Shown: positions 12,191 through 19,583 of the stretch, piece after piece | Layout of the letters: the number at the start of each line of letters is the position of its first letter | How positions within the stretch are numbered: the stretch's first letter is position 1 | DNA from: a virus | DNA length: 32,000 nucleotides | Reading direction: 5' to 3' (one strand) | IMG/VR virus record: IMGVR_UViG_3300014059_000004 | Made by a program: the position numbers and the translations under genes | Notes under the pieces: model-generated | Databases searched by the model: none | Seen by the model: only the letters and a program-made list of their open reading frames with translations | Told to the model about the DNA's origin: nothing

Positions 12191-13533
12191 ATTCTGTCAT
12201 CGATATTCTTGAAGAGCTCGAAGCCACGCCGGGACGTAACGATCGTGAGGACATATTGTTCTCGAATCGTCACAACGATCTCTTGAAGAAGGTGTTCATC
12301 GCTGCTCAGGATCCGTACGTCGTTTATCACGTGAATAAATTCAAGATGCCGCCAGCGTCTGCGACGCACCCAGATGATGTTATCGTATGTGATCTTTTCG
12401 ACGTTGTACTGCCTGAGCTATCATCTCGACGGATGACTGGTAACGCTGCGAAAGCCTGGGTCGAGGATGCATTCAGCCGGATGAGTGATCTTCAGCAAAA
12501 GTGGTGCCAGCGCATCATTCTGAAGAATCTTCGATGTGGAGTTCAAGAATCGACAGTCAACAAGATTTGGCCAGGTACGATCAACAGCTTCGCCGTCGCT
12601 CTTGCGGCGACATTGAAGAGCGAGTTCGTAAAAGGAAAGGGAATCAAGCTGCTTGAGCCTGTGAAATTTCCAATCCGTGTTGAGCCCAAGCTCGATGGAC
12701 TTCGTTGCGTTGCTGTGAAGCAGAACGGTATCATTACGTTCTTCACCCGGAACGGAAGCGTCTTGGAAACCATGCCGAAGATCAAAGCTGCGCTGGAGTC
12801 GGCATCATACGACAACGTCGTGCTTGACGGTGAGTGCATGGGTTCTGATTGGAACGAGAGCGCGTCTGTCCTCATGTCTTCGAAGTCAAAGAAAGACGAT
12901 GCGAACATCACGTACTTTGTGTTCGATTCGATGCCGCTGGTTGATTGGATCGGGCAGTCGTGCAATCTGAGCTATGAAGATCGCTCCGAGCTTGCACGCT
13001 CTATCGTCGAAAGTCTCCCGGTTGCTGCACCTGTGAAGCAGGTGCAGCACATCACAGCTTCGAATGAAGATGAGCTCAAAGATTACTTCGCGCGGTGCAT
13101 GGACGATGGTTACGAAGGGGTGATGCTGAAGTCTGTAACCACACCTTACGTGTTCAAGCGTTCTGCTAACATCTTGAAGCTGAAACCAGTTGTCACCTAC
13201 GAAGGTGTCATCGTCGGTCACTATGAAGGTCGCCGTGGATCGAAGCGAGAAGGTCAGTGGGGTGGTTTCGAAGTCGTTCTTCCGAATGGCGTTGTCACAC
13301 GCCTTGGCGGCGGTTTCACTGATGCATTCCGAGCCGAAGTTCAGCTTAACGATCCTGAAAGTTACTTGGGCAAGATCGTGGAGCTCGAAGCCCAGCCTGA
13401 TCCTCTTACGCCCGACGGGTTGACTGTGGATGGAAAGGCTCGATTTCCAGTGTTCTGCAGGTTTCGAAGTGCTAAGGATGTCGATCCAGCAGTTAGCGCT
13501 GCTGGTGCAAAGTACTTCGACTCGATGGAGTGA
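12187..13533 (+). CDS. lig: ATP-dependent DNA ligase
   Basis: Motif I EPKLDGLR, motif III VLDGEC, motif IV YFVFD, motif V EGVMLK ... LKLKP, followed by an OB-like C-terminal region. Confidence 0.85.
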   Translation: MNSVIDILEELEATPGRNDREDILFSNRHNDLLKKVFIAAQDPYVVYHVNKFKMPPASATHPDDVIVCDLFDVVLPELSSRRMTGNAAKAWVEDAFSRMSDLQQKWCQRIILKNLRCGVQESTVNKIWPGTINSFAVALAATLKSEFVKGKGIKLLEPVKFPIRVEPKLDGLRCVAVKQNGIITFFTRNGSVLETMPKIKAALESASYDNVVLDGECMGSDWNESASVLMSSKSKKDDANITYFVFDSMPLVDWIGQSCNLSYEDRSELARSIVESLPVAAPVKQVQHITASNEDELKDYFARCMDDGYEGVMLKSVTTPYVFKRSANILKLKPVVTYEGVIVGHYEGRRGSKREGQWGGFEVVLPNGVVTRLGGGFTDAFRAEVQLNDPESYLGKIVELEAQPDPLTPDGLTVDGKARFPVFCRFRSAKDVDPAVSAAGAKYFDSME

Positions 13534-13618
13534 TCAAGATGGACAATCCCAAGAAGAAAGATGTAGCTGTCACGGCTGCGGGATCTGTTTCTATCGTTGA
13601 CAGCAGAAAGTTACTCTG

Positions 13619-13786
13619 ATGTTTTCTACTTCGACGCTGAAGCACTGCGACCCGCAAGCTATGCGACGTCTGTGCCGATGGCTCAAGGTTCGAAATCTTG
13701 ACGCTATGAGCGATCGACAGATGATCAGGTTTCTGCGGTGGTTGTACACTCGTCGTGAGAAAAGGCAACGGGGATGGATATACTGA
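13619..13786 (+). CDS. small basic hypothetical protein (55 aa)
   Basis: Hand-translated MFSTSTLKHCDPQAMRRLCRWLKVRNLDAMSDRQMIRFLRWLYTRREKRQRGWIY; overlaps the next start by 13 nt. Confidence 0.25.
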   Translation: MFSTSTLKHCDPQAMRRLCRWLKVRNLDAMSDRQMIRFLRWLYTRREKRQRGWIY

Positions 13787-14187
13787 AGTTCTTGAAAAAA
13801 GAACCGATGAAGATGAAGATGTCTGACGTAAAGATCGGCACTGTCATCTTGACAAAAGGATTGCACTACTCTGTCACCAATTTCGAACGTTACGAGACTT
13901 ACGGCGTTTGGATGATCGTTGGTATTGTGTCCCGAGGGCAGATCCGACGTCATGGTAGATCACGTATACGGCACGGTAACTGGAAGGTTAAGTTTGTCAA
14001 GCTGTTTCCAAACCCAGCTAAATCATTTGTGATTTATGATCCAGAACCAAAAGTGCTCGCGCCGTACGCGCCAGTCCAACTTCTTGGCCTAGATGATCAA
14101 AATTTTGCGATTCAAGTCGAAGACAGCATGTTTGGTTGGGCTATCATCACAGAAAACAACATCAACGACGTTATCCGGTTGTGGTAA
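13774..14187 (+). CDS. hypothetical protein
   Basis: 137-aa ORF, ATG 13774. Confidence 0.5.
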   Translation: MDILKFLKKEPMKMKMSDVKIGTVILTKGLHYSVTNFERYETYGVWMIVGIVSRGQIRRHGRSRIRHGNWKVKFVKLFPNPAKSFVIYDPEPKVLAPYAPVQLLGLDDQNFAIQVEDSMFGWAIITENNINDVIRLW

Positions 14188-14243
14188 CTTTACACTGTCA
14201 TTGAAAACCCACGAGATGGTCACGAGTTTACTAGTTTATTGGA

Positions 14244-14252
14244 TGGTATGTT
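14244..14252 (+). promoter_or_regulatory. extended -10-like box TGGTATGTT
   Basis: Intergenic; followed by about 100 nt with the hairpin CACGTGA-GCCC-TCACGTG (14277-14294) and the 12-nt palindrome AGCTACGTAGCT. Confidence 0.35.
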
Positions 14253-14354
14253 ACCACCTTCTGACCTCCAAAGCGACACGTGAGCCCTCACGTGGGCCGC
14301 AATAACCTGCTACGATGCCCTCTGCGCCTCTCCGGTCCACGGTAGCTACGTAGC

Positions 14355-14744
14355 TTGGTAAATGTATCATCAATGATTTCTTTTGTGCAAACGGTAGAGC
14401 GCTCTGTATACAGTCGAACTATGGACGACTTGGTCGGCGGGGTGAAAGTTTACAAGCGCGTGAAGGGCGTACGGTGCATAAACATCTGCGATGTTCTCTT
14501 GCATTTGTACGGTTCAACGGCGTTCAGAGGATGGGATCCAACAGTGAACCGTTCTCACGAGGAAGAGAATGCTGCAGTCCTTGATTGGGCTGTACGTCAT
14601 CGTTGTTCCACGTATGCGGCGCCTCGAGAGAGCTTCAACCTTCATGAGGCTGCGAAGCTCGCGCTTCGTGAAGGAAATACGATCGTCATCTTCGAAGATT
14701 TGTCGTTAGAGAACCAAAAGAAAACTTGCAGTGCAAACAACTAG
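14355..14744 (+). CDS. hypothetical protein (start uncertain)
   Basis: ORF from TTG 14355; in-frame ATGs at 14373 and 14421. Confidence 0.45.
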   Translation: MVNVSSMISFVQTVERSVYSRTMDDLVGGVKVYKRVKGVRCINICDVLLHLYGSTAFRGWDPTVNRSHEEENAAVLDWAVRHRCSTYAAPRESFNLHEAAKLALREGNTIVIFEDLSLENQKKTCSANN

Positions 14745-14751
14745 CTACGGA

Positions 14752-14760
14752 TGGTAAAGT
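14752..14760 (+). promoter_or_regulatory. extended -10-like box TGGTAAAGT, 6 nt upstream of ATG 14767
   Basis: No SD between the box and the ATG. Confidence 0.35.
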
Positions 14761-14766
14761 AAAATC

Positions 14767-16131
14767 ATGAACCCGAAAATGTGGAAGACTTGCGAGTCAA
14801 ACTTCAACCTCGAGCGACACCTGATGGTTTTTCTTCAGGAGAGCGCTTTTTACACGGTGATCTCGCGGCACCTTCGCAAGGTTCCCTCCGAAGATCTGCC
14901 CACGGCTGCTGTCACCTTCGATGCGAAGGCAGATGAGCTGCGGTTGTATTACAATCCGAAGTTCTTCGACAGCCTGACGAACCTGCAGGTGAAGAACGTT
15001 CTCATCCATGAGTTCAACCACATCACTTTCGGTCACCTCGCCGCACGGCGTCGTGAGCCCGGGTCTACGTGGAACATCGCAACTGACCTTGCGATCAATT
15101 CGATGATCGTCACCAACGGTGCGAAGCGCCGAGAGTCTGACGCGTCGGACGGAGCACCCCTCCCGAAGGGATGTCTGATCCCGGGTGAGCGTCCTTTCAT
15201 CCCGCCGGAGCAGATCGCAAAGATGTCGCCAGAGCACCTGGCTTCCATCAACGAGATGGCGGACATGATCGAGAAGTTCCCCCATGGGCAGGCTTCCGAG
15301 TGGTACTTCAACAAGGTCGTCGAGCTCGCTCAGAAGCAGAAGGCGGCTGGAAAGCCGCAGTGCGCAGCGTGCCCGGGAGATGATCCTGGTGAGATCGAGG
15401 TCGTGTTTGGTTCCATGGACGATCATGACGGCTGGGATTCAATCCCTGACGAGATGCGTGAGTACATCGAGGGAAAGATCAGGGCTGTCATGGAGAAGGC
15501 CGTCGCTGCCGCAGACTCGAAGTCTGACGGCTGGGGTAACATCCCCGCAGAGATGCAGGCAGAGATTCGTCGAAGCATCTCGAAGGTCGTCAACTGGCGA
15601 ACTGTCCTGCGCCAGTTCATCGGCACGATGGTTCGCGGCGAGCGAGCGACGAGCATCAAGCGGATCAACCGTCGTTACCCTTACATCCACCCGGGTGTGA
15701 AGCGTGGGTACACTGCTCGACTGCTCATCGCGATCGACCAGTCTGGTTCCGTCGATGACGAGCAGCTCAGTTCGTTCTTCTCGGAGCTTCACTCTCTGAC
15801 TCGGCGGGTCACGGTCGACATCCTTCCTTTCGACTGCTACGCAGACATCAAGGATCTGTTCGAGTGGAAGAAGGGAACGAACCCGAACCTGAAGCGGGTT
15901 CATGGTGGCGGCACCGACTTCAACGCTCCGACTCGGATCGTCAATGACGTGAAGAATCGTGGACGTTGGGACGGCATGCTCATCATGACGGACGGCGAGT
16001 GCTGCGCACCGGAAGCTAGCCGAGTGAAGCGTGGCTGGGTTCTCAGCAAGAACCACAAGCTGATGTTCGACACCGACGAGATTCAGATCTTCGTCGATGA
16101 TTCGAAGCCCATCACTGGTGCATGGCGATGA
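14767..16131 (+). CDS. VWA-domain protein with N-terminal HExxH metallopeptidase-like domain (DUF2201-like)
   Basis: VLIHEFNHITFGHL zinc motif near the N-terminus; C-terminal LLIAIDQSGSVDDE (MIDAS-like DxSxS) ... GGGTDF ... LIMTDGE. Confidence 0.7.
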   Translation: MNPKMWKTCESNFNLERHLMVFLQESAFYTVISRHLRKVPSEDLPTAAVTFDAKADELRLYYNPKFFDSLTNLQVKNVLIHEFNHITFGHLAARRREPGSTWNIATDLAINSMIVTNGAKRRESDASDGAPLPKGCLIPGERPFIPPEQIAKMSPEHLASINEMADMIEKFPHGQASEWYFNKVVELAQKQKAAGKPQCAACPGDDPGEIEVVFGSMDDHDGWDSIPDEMREYIEGKIRAVMEKAVAAADSKSDGWGNIPAEMQAEIRRSISKVVNWRTVLRQFIGTMVRGERATSIKRINRRYPYIHPGVKRGYTARLLIAIDQSGSVDDEQLSSFFSELHSLTRRVTVDILPFDCYADIKDLFEWKKGTNPNLKRVHGGGTDFNAPTRIVNDVKNRGRWDGMLIMTDGECCAPEASRVKRGWVLSKNHKLMFDTDEIQIFVDDSKPITGAWR

Positions 16132-16487
16132 CTGCACCCAGGAAGCCGAAGCGCAACGATGTCTTCCCCGGAGCTGCCTTCACGGTTGCTCCGGGGAAGC
16201 AGTTGCACCTTGACGCCCACCTTCTCTTGTCGGGTGTATCGAAGATGGCACCGTCAGGGACGGCAATCACAGTTGTCTCAGGGCCAAAGAAGAGTAAGGA
16301 CGGCATCAACCTCGTGAGGGTTGATCTGAAGACAGGGGACGGTCGAACGTACGATTGCTTCTACTGCGACATCCTGGCCAACTGCGTGGTCGAGTTATGC
16401 ACGTACTTATTGTTACAACAATCGTTGTTGGTATCATCTGTTGGTTCTTTCCAAAATTTGGCAGGTACGCTGTCGTTGCCCCCATAG
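16122..16487 (+). CDS. hypothetical protein
   Basis: ATG 16122 overlapping the upstream stop; its 3' third overlaps the next TM gene, so the true end or the neighbour's start is uncertain. Confidence 0.45.
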   Translation: MAMTAPRKPKRNDVFPGAAFTVAPGKQLHLDAHLLLSGVSKMAPSGTAITVVSGPKKSKDGINLVRVDLKTGDGRTYDCFYCDILANCVVELCTYLLLQQSLLVSSVGSFQNLAGTLSLPP

Positions 16488-16651
16488 CAGGAGTTGCTTT
16501 TGGCAGCGGACTTTGGGTGATGGCCATCATCTTGCTACCGTCTCTCATGACGCTCAAAGGATTTGGAGCATGCATGATCATTGGAATGATGTGTGGTTTT
16601 GCAGCGTTGCACTTCAGCCGCTTCGGCGAAGGAGATGACATTAGGGATTAG
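16397..16651 (+). CDS. membrane protein (about 3 TM)
   Basis: ATG 16397 inside ORF 16355..16651: MHVLIVTTIVVGIICWFFPKFGRYAVVAPIAGVAFGSGLWVMAIILLPSLM... Confidence 0.5.
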   Translation: MHVLIVTTIVVGIICWFFPKFGRYAVVAPIAGVAFGSGLWVMAIILLPSLMTLKGFGACMIIGMMCGFAALHFSRFGEGDDIRD

Positions 16652-16653
16652 GA

Positions 16654-16839
16654 ATGAAAGACATGCCTAGCTTTAGAGACGTAGAAACCATGAACGAGCT
16701 GCGAGCTCATTACGCAGAGTGCTGCAACAACATGTACGTTGCTACGATATGTGGTAATGACCCCATGGGCATGCTGGTCTTCTTCAAGTTCTTCGCAGTC
16801 AGCTTGTCAATCCTCGTCGATGGCGTAGGAGCGTTCTAA
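16654..16839 (+). CDS. small hypothetical protein
   Basis: 61-aa ORF, purine-rich AGGGATTAGGA upstream; hydrophobic C-terminus. Confidence 0.45.
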   Translation: MKDMPSFRDVETMNELRAHYAECCNNMYVATICGNDPMGMLVFFKFFAVSLSILVDGVGAF

Positions 16840-17036
16840 TGATTCATTTTGTCAACGTTGTGTTTGCTATTCTTCTAACGCTCTTTCTGCTGTGGATGCT
16901 CATTTCTCCGTGGGCAATTACTGCTGTCACAATCGTGATGTTTGGTTGGGTTAGCACGCAGATAGTTCTGAGTGGCATTGATTCAGCAGAGGAACTTCTA
17001 AAGAAGTACAAGTTACTGATAGCTGCGGCTATTTAA
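16839..17036 (+). CDS. small membrane protein (2 TM)
   Basis: TAATG overlap with the upstream stop; MIHFVNVVFAILLTLFLLWMLISPWAITAVTIVMFGWV... Confidence 0.5.
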   Translation: MIHFVNVVFAILLTLFLLWMLISPWAITAVTIVMFGWVSTQIVLSGIDSAEELLKKYKLLIAAAI

Positions 17037-17043
17037 CGATAGC

Positions 17044-17301
17044 ATGCAGCTGTCTGTCGGCGACCTCGTCAAAGTTGTACCTCTCATCGGTACGCTTGAG
17101 CTCGTCAGATCATCAAACACGACGTCAAAGAACATCGACGACACGAAGACAGTGGGTCTCTTCAAGGAAACTGACGTCGGCGTCGTCGTTGCGGTTGCGT
17201 ACGCGGACTCAAGGCTAGCGCTCGTCCTCGTTCCGTCGGCAGTTGGATGGGCTTCTTGTGCCTTTTTGAAGCGAGTGTTAGGTAACCTACGCTTCATTTA
17301 G
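17044..17301 (+). CDS. hypothetical protein
   Basis: 85-aa ORF, ATG 17044. Confidence 0.45.
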   Translation: MQLSVGDLVKVVPLIGTLELVRSSNTTSKNIDDTKTVGLFKETDVGVVVAVAYADSRLALVLVPSAVGWASCAFLKRVLGNLRFI

Positions 17302-17342
17302 CAAAAATATTCTGTGGGCTGCTGGTGTTGTACCATGCAGTC

Positions 17343-17546
17343 ATGGAAAGCTGTCCAGCAACAGTTGGAGACCGCATCGTGGTGTGCGGTTACATAGAAT
17401 ACGATTGCAAAGTTTCAGCCACGACTTGGATTCCGGAAGAAGCACGCTGGAAGATAACTGTCGATTGGGGTGCGCTTGGCGAGTCGCACGTTTGGTCAAC
17501 TGATCGTGATAAGACGTGGTACCTCTTGAAGGTCGTCAATTTATGA
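17343..17546 (+). CDS. hypothetical protein
   Basis: First ATG (17343) in ORF 17325..17546 (GTG 17325 alternative). Confidence 0.45.
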   Translation: MESCPATVGDRIVVCGYIEYDCKVSATTWIPEEARWKITVDWGALGESHVWSTDRDKTWYLLKVVNL

Positions 17547-17776
17547 ACAAGTATGATTCATGGTCAACTGAATCGATCAAGGGATTCATCATCCTCATGA
17601 AAGAATCCATCGAACGCTGGAGCAACATCCCAGGTCCCGATGGTGGGAAAAATTCTACAGTGATAGCTTACGAGAAGAAGCTCAACCTAGCATGCGAAGC
17701 TCTTCTAAGGCGAGAATCTGCAGACGTTGAACCTCAGTGTGCCTACCCTGAGGAAACCTGGAAGTCTGGTAGCTAA
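17543..17776 (+). CDS. hypothetical protein
   Basis: ATG 17543 in ATGA overlap with the upstream stop, inside ORF 17516..17776. Confidence 0.5.
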   Translation: MNKYDSWSTESIKGFIILMKESIERWSNIPGPDGGKNSTVIAYEKKLNLACEALLRRESADVEPQCAYPEETWKSGS

Positions 17777-17784
17777 TTAAGATC

Positions 17785-18549
17785 ATGGAAGTTGAAAATC
17801 TACCCGTTCCAGAGCTACAGATCCCTGGTCAACAGTTCATCACTGACAACGTTAAGACTGACCGATTTACTAGGGATGCATCTGCAAGAGATCTGATCAT
17901 CGCTGGTAACGTACCTTCTCACATGAGGAGCTTCTGCCCAGTGACTACTGCGCTTCCTGACGGTCGATCGTTGACGTTGTACGTCTTGCCAGATTACTTG
18001 TGCATCGGCACTGATTCTGACTATGTCCGCGTTCCGATGCAGCCGCTCAACGCGCAAACAGTCGCAGATGCTCTCAATTGCATCCTTCCGACGACGAAGA
18101 TGGTTGATTTGATCTGGTCTGCTGCGGTGAACAAGTTGATGCCATTGCCTTGGGGCCCGCCTTACGATGCATCAATGATGAGCACGTCCAGAATTTCAGT
18201 TCATAACTCTAGGATTGCTGCTCAGCTTGCTAAGTCGAACTTGGACGCAACAGCATTGACAGCGGGTCACAAGAAAGATGTAGTGATCACAACGAAGCTT
18301 GTGAAGCAACCGAAGCAAGTTGCAATTTATGGGTGGACTCAGCTGAACGGAAAGCCTATCCAACCATTGTACCTTGGACATGAAATTTCTTACGCGGATT
18401 ATTCGCACGCAGTTAGACTTGTTTCAAAGTGTTGCGATATTGATGGCGTTGAAAGTGATTTGATAAAGGTGTTGTCTGATTCTGAACTATGTTCTTCAGT
18501 TTCGTCAGAAGGTCCTGTGCTTCAGCCACGCTACATTGAAGTTCCTTGA
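17785..18549 (+). CDS. conserved-looking hypothetical protein
   Basis: 254-aa ORF; a weak box TGGTAGCTA (17767-17775) lies 9 nt upstream of the ATG; I cannot name a family. Confidence 0.6.
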   Translation: MEVENLPVPELQIPGQQFITDNVKTDRFTRDASARDLIIAGNVPSHMRSFCPVTTALPDGRSLTLYVLPDYLCIGTDSDYVRVPMQPLNAQTVADALNCILPTTKMVDLIWSAAVNKLMPLPWGPPYDASMMSTSRISVHNSRIAAQLAKSNLDATALTAGHKKDVVITTKLVKQPKQVAIYGWTQLNGKPIQPLYLGHEISYADYSHAVRLVSKCCDIDGVESDLIKVLSDSELCSSVSSEGPVLQPRYIEVP

Positions 18550-18601
18550 TGAATTTATTTTTCCTAAGTGTGCATTAAAAGTGTACCTTGCTCTGAGACC
18601 A

Positions 18602-18610
18602 GGATATACT
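18602..18610 (+). promoter_or_regulatory. -10-like GGATATACT, 13 nt upstream of the first tRNA of island 2
   Basis: TATACT hexamer 18605-18610; lacks the TG of the extended -10. Confidence 0.25.
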
Positions 18611-18623
18611 ATTCATTATCAAC

Positions 18624-18697
18624 GGCCCCATCTTACTAGCGGCTTAGGTGGTCACCCTCTCAAGGTGAAGGCACGGGTTCAAATCCCGTTGGGGTCA
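18624..18697 (+). tRNA. tRNA-Glu: tRNA-Glu (CTC), weak D arm
   Basis: Acceptor GGCCCCA/TGGGGTC, perfect arm TCACC-CTCTCAA-GGTGA, T arm ACGGG-TTCAAAT-CCCGT; the 21-nt D region pairs poorly. Confidence 0.6.
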
Positions 18698-18894
18698 CAA
18701 AGATAATCACAAGAGAAACGAAAATGTCGAGCAAGCATCTAACATCACTAACTAGAGAAACGAGCGGCGGAAGCCTATCTCGCTCTATGTTCGTGAGCTT
18801 GCTTCCGTTTCTGCGCCCTACCAAGCCACGACCCTTAGGGGATGAATGTGGCAAGCCGGGGAGAAACGACCGGCAAAGGATAGAAGAAGAAAAT
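18698..18894 (+). ncRNA. structured non-tRNA spacer, possible small RNA
   Basis: 197 nt between two tRNAs with no T loop; three copies of GAGAAACGA (about 18714, 18756, 18861); long-range pairings AGCAAGC/GCTTGCT and AGAAACG..GGAAGC/GCTTCCGTTTCT; ORFs here look spurious. Confidence 0.35.
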
Positions 18895-18968
18895 CGGGCT
18901 GTCGCCTAGCGGCTATGGCGCCTGCTTTGGGTGCAGGATTTTCGGAGGTTCGAGTCCTCTCAGCCCGA
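18895..18968 (+). tRNA. tRNA-Pro: tRNA-Pro (TGG)
   Basis: Acceptor CGGGCTG/CAGCCCG, D arm GCC-TAGCGGCTAT-GGC, arm CCTGC-TTTGGGT-GCAGG, T arm GGAGG-TTCGAGT-CCTCT. Confidence 0.85.
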
Positions 18969-19014
18969 CTAACAGCAAGGAAACTTGCTCGTTGTTTGAC
19001 AATCTACGTTTCAC

Positions 19015-19108
19015 GAGTCTTTAGTGTAAAGGGCATACAAAGTGCTACAACTTCCACGTTGAGTGGGAAGGAGCATCTGACAGGGCGGTTCGATCCCGCT
19101 AGGACTCT
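19015..19108 (+). tRNA. tRNA gene with a 22-nt insertion 3' of the anticodon loop (loop CTACAAC, formal anticodon ACA)
   Basis: Acceptor GAGTCTT/AGGACTC, D arm GTGT-AAAGGGC-ATAC, stem AAGTG (19040-44) / CATCT (19074-78, one mismatch) enclosing 29 nt, variable GACAG, T arm GGCGG-TTCGATC-CCGCT; insert forms hairpin CTTCCAC-GTTGA-GTGG(G)AAG. Confidence 0.4.
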
Positions 19109-19114
19109 CTATAT

Positions 19115-19186
19115 CAGGAAGTACGTCAGCGGCAGACTCCCTCGTTCGGAACGAGGTGGCCGAGAGTTCGAGTCTCTCCTTCCTGA
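19115..19186 (+). tRNA. tRNA-Pro: tRNA-Pro (CGG)
   Basis: Acceptor CAGGAAG/CTTCCTG, arm CCTCG-TTCGGAA-CGAGG, T arm GAGAG-TTCGAGT-CTCTC. Confidence 0.8.
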
Positions 19187-19193
19187 CTGTTTG

Positions 19194-19313
19194 CATGCAG
19201 GTTAGTGTAACGGTAGCACAAGCCGGCACATCAGCCGGGAAGCAAGTGCAATTCTTGCGAATGATCAGCCTCACCAGGCGAGGAGGAGAGCGGTTCGATT
19301 CCGCGCTGCATGT
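19194..19313 (+). tRNA. 120-nt tRNA-like gene with about 47 extra nt (two hairpins) between the D arm and the anticodon-position arm
   Basis: Acceptor CATGCAG/CTGCATG, D arm GTGT-AACGGTA-GCAC, hairpins CCGGC-ACATCA-GCCGG and GCAAG-TGCAATT-CTTGC, then CCTC-ACCAGGC-GAGG at canonical distance from T arm AGCGG-TTCGATT-CCGCG. Confidence 0.35.
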
Positions 19314-19319
19314 AAATTT

Positions 19320-19391
19320 GCTGGAGATGCTCAATGGCAGGGCACCTGTTTCGTAATCAGGTAACTGTGGGTTCGAATCCCACCTTCAGCT
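19320..19391 (+). tRNA. tRNA-Thr: tRNA-Thr (CGT)
   Basis: Acceptor GCTGGAG/CTTCAGC, D arm GCTC-AATGGCA-GGGC, arm CCTGT-TTCGTAA-TCAGG, T arm GTGGG-TTCGAAT-CCCAC. Confidence 0.85.
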
Positions 19392-19395
19392 CAAT

Positions 19396-19502
19396 GGGTC
19401 TGATACCTCAGACTGGCAAAGGTCGGGTGGCGGGAGATGTGAAGTCTCAGTCCGCTGGCAATACCCAACTTATCGCGGGTTCGAATCCCGCCAGATCCAC
19501 CA
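19396..19502 (+). tRNA. tRNA-Ala: tRNA-Ala (GGC) with a 25-nt hairpin inserted 5' of the anticodon loop, CCA encoded
   Basis: Acceptor GGGTCTG/CAGATCC with G3:U70, perfect D arm ACCT-CAGACTGGCAA-AGGT, stem GGGTG (19425-29) / TACCC (19462-66), canonical loop CTGGCAA (19455-61) preceded by insert 19430-19454 (GCGG-GAGA-TGTGAAG-TCTC-AGT-CCG), T arm GCGGG-TTCGAAT-CCCGC, A-CCA. Confidence 0.55.
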
Positions 19503-19572
19503 GGAGATACGTTAGCGGCAAAACTCCGTGCTCTGGAAGCATGTGACGGGGGTTCGAGTCCCCCTCTCCTGA
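19501..19572 (+). tRNA. tRNA-Pro: tRNA-Pro (TGG) variant with C33
   Basis: Acceptor CAGGAGA/TCTCCTG, arm CGTGC-TCTGGAA-GCATG (loop position 33 is C), T arm GGGGG-TTCGAGT-CCCCC; starts inside the CCA of the preceding tRNA. Confidence 0.7.
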
Positions 19573-19583
19573 CTACTTACAAC

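Noticed and set aside
13683-13710. T-arm-like CAAGG-TTCGAAA-TCTTG inside the 13619..13786 region
   Set aside because: No acceptor, D or anticodon arms can be drawn around it. It is an isolated hairpin within probable coding sequence.
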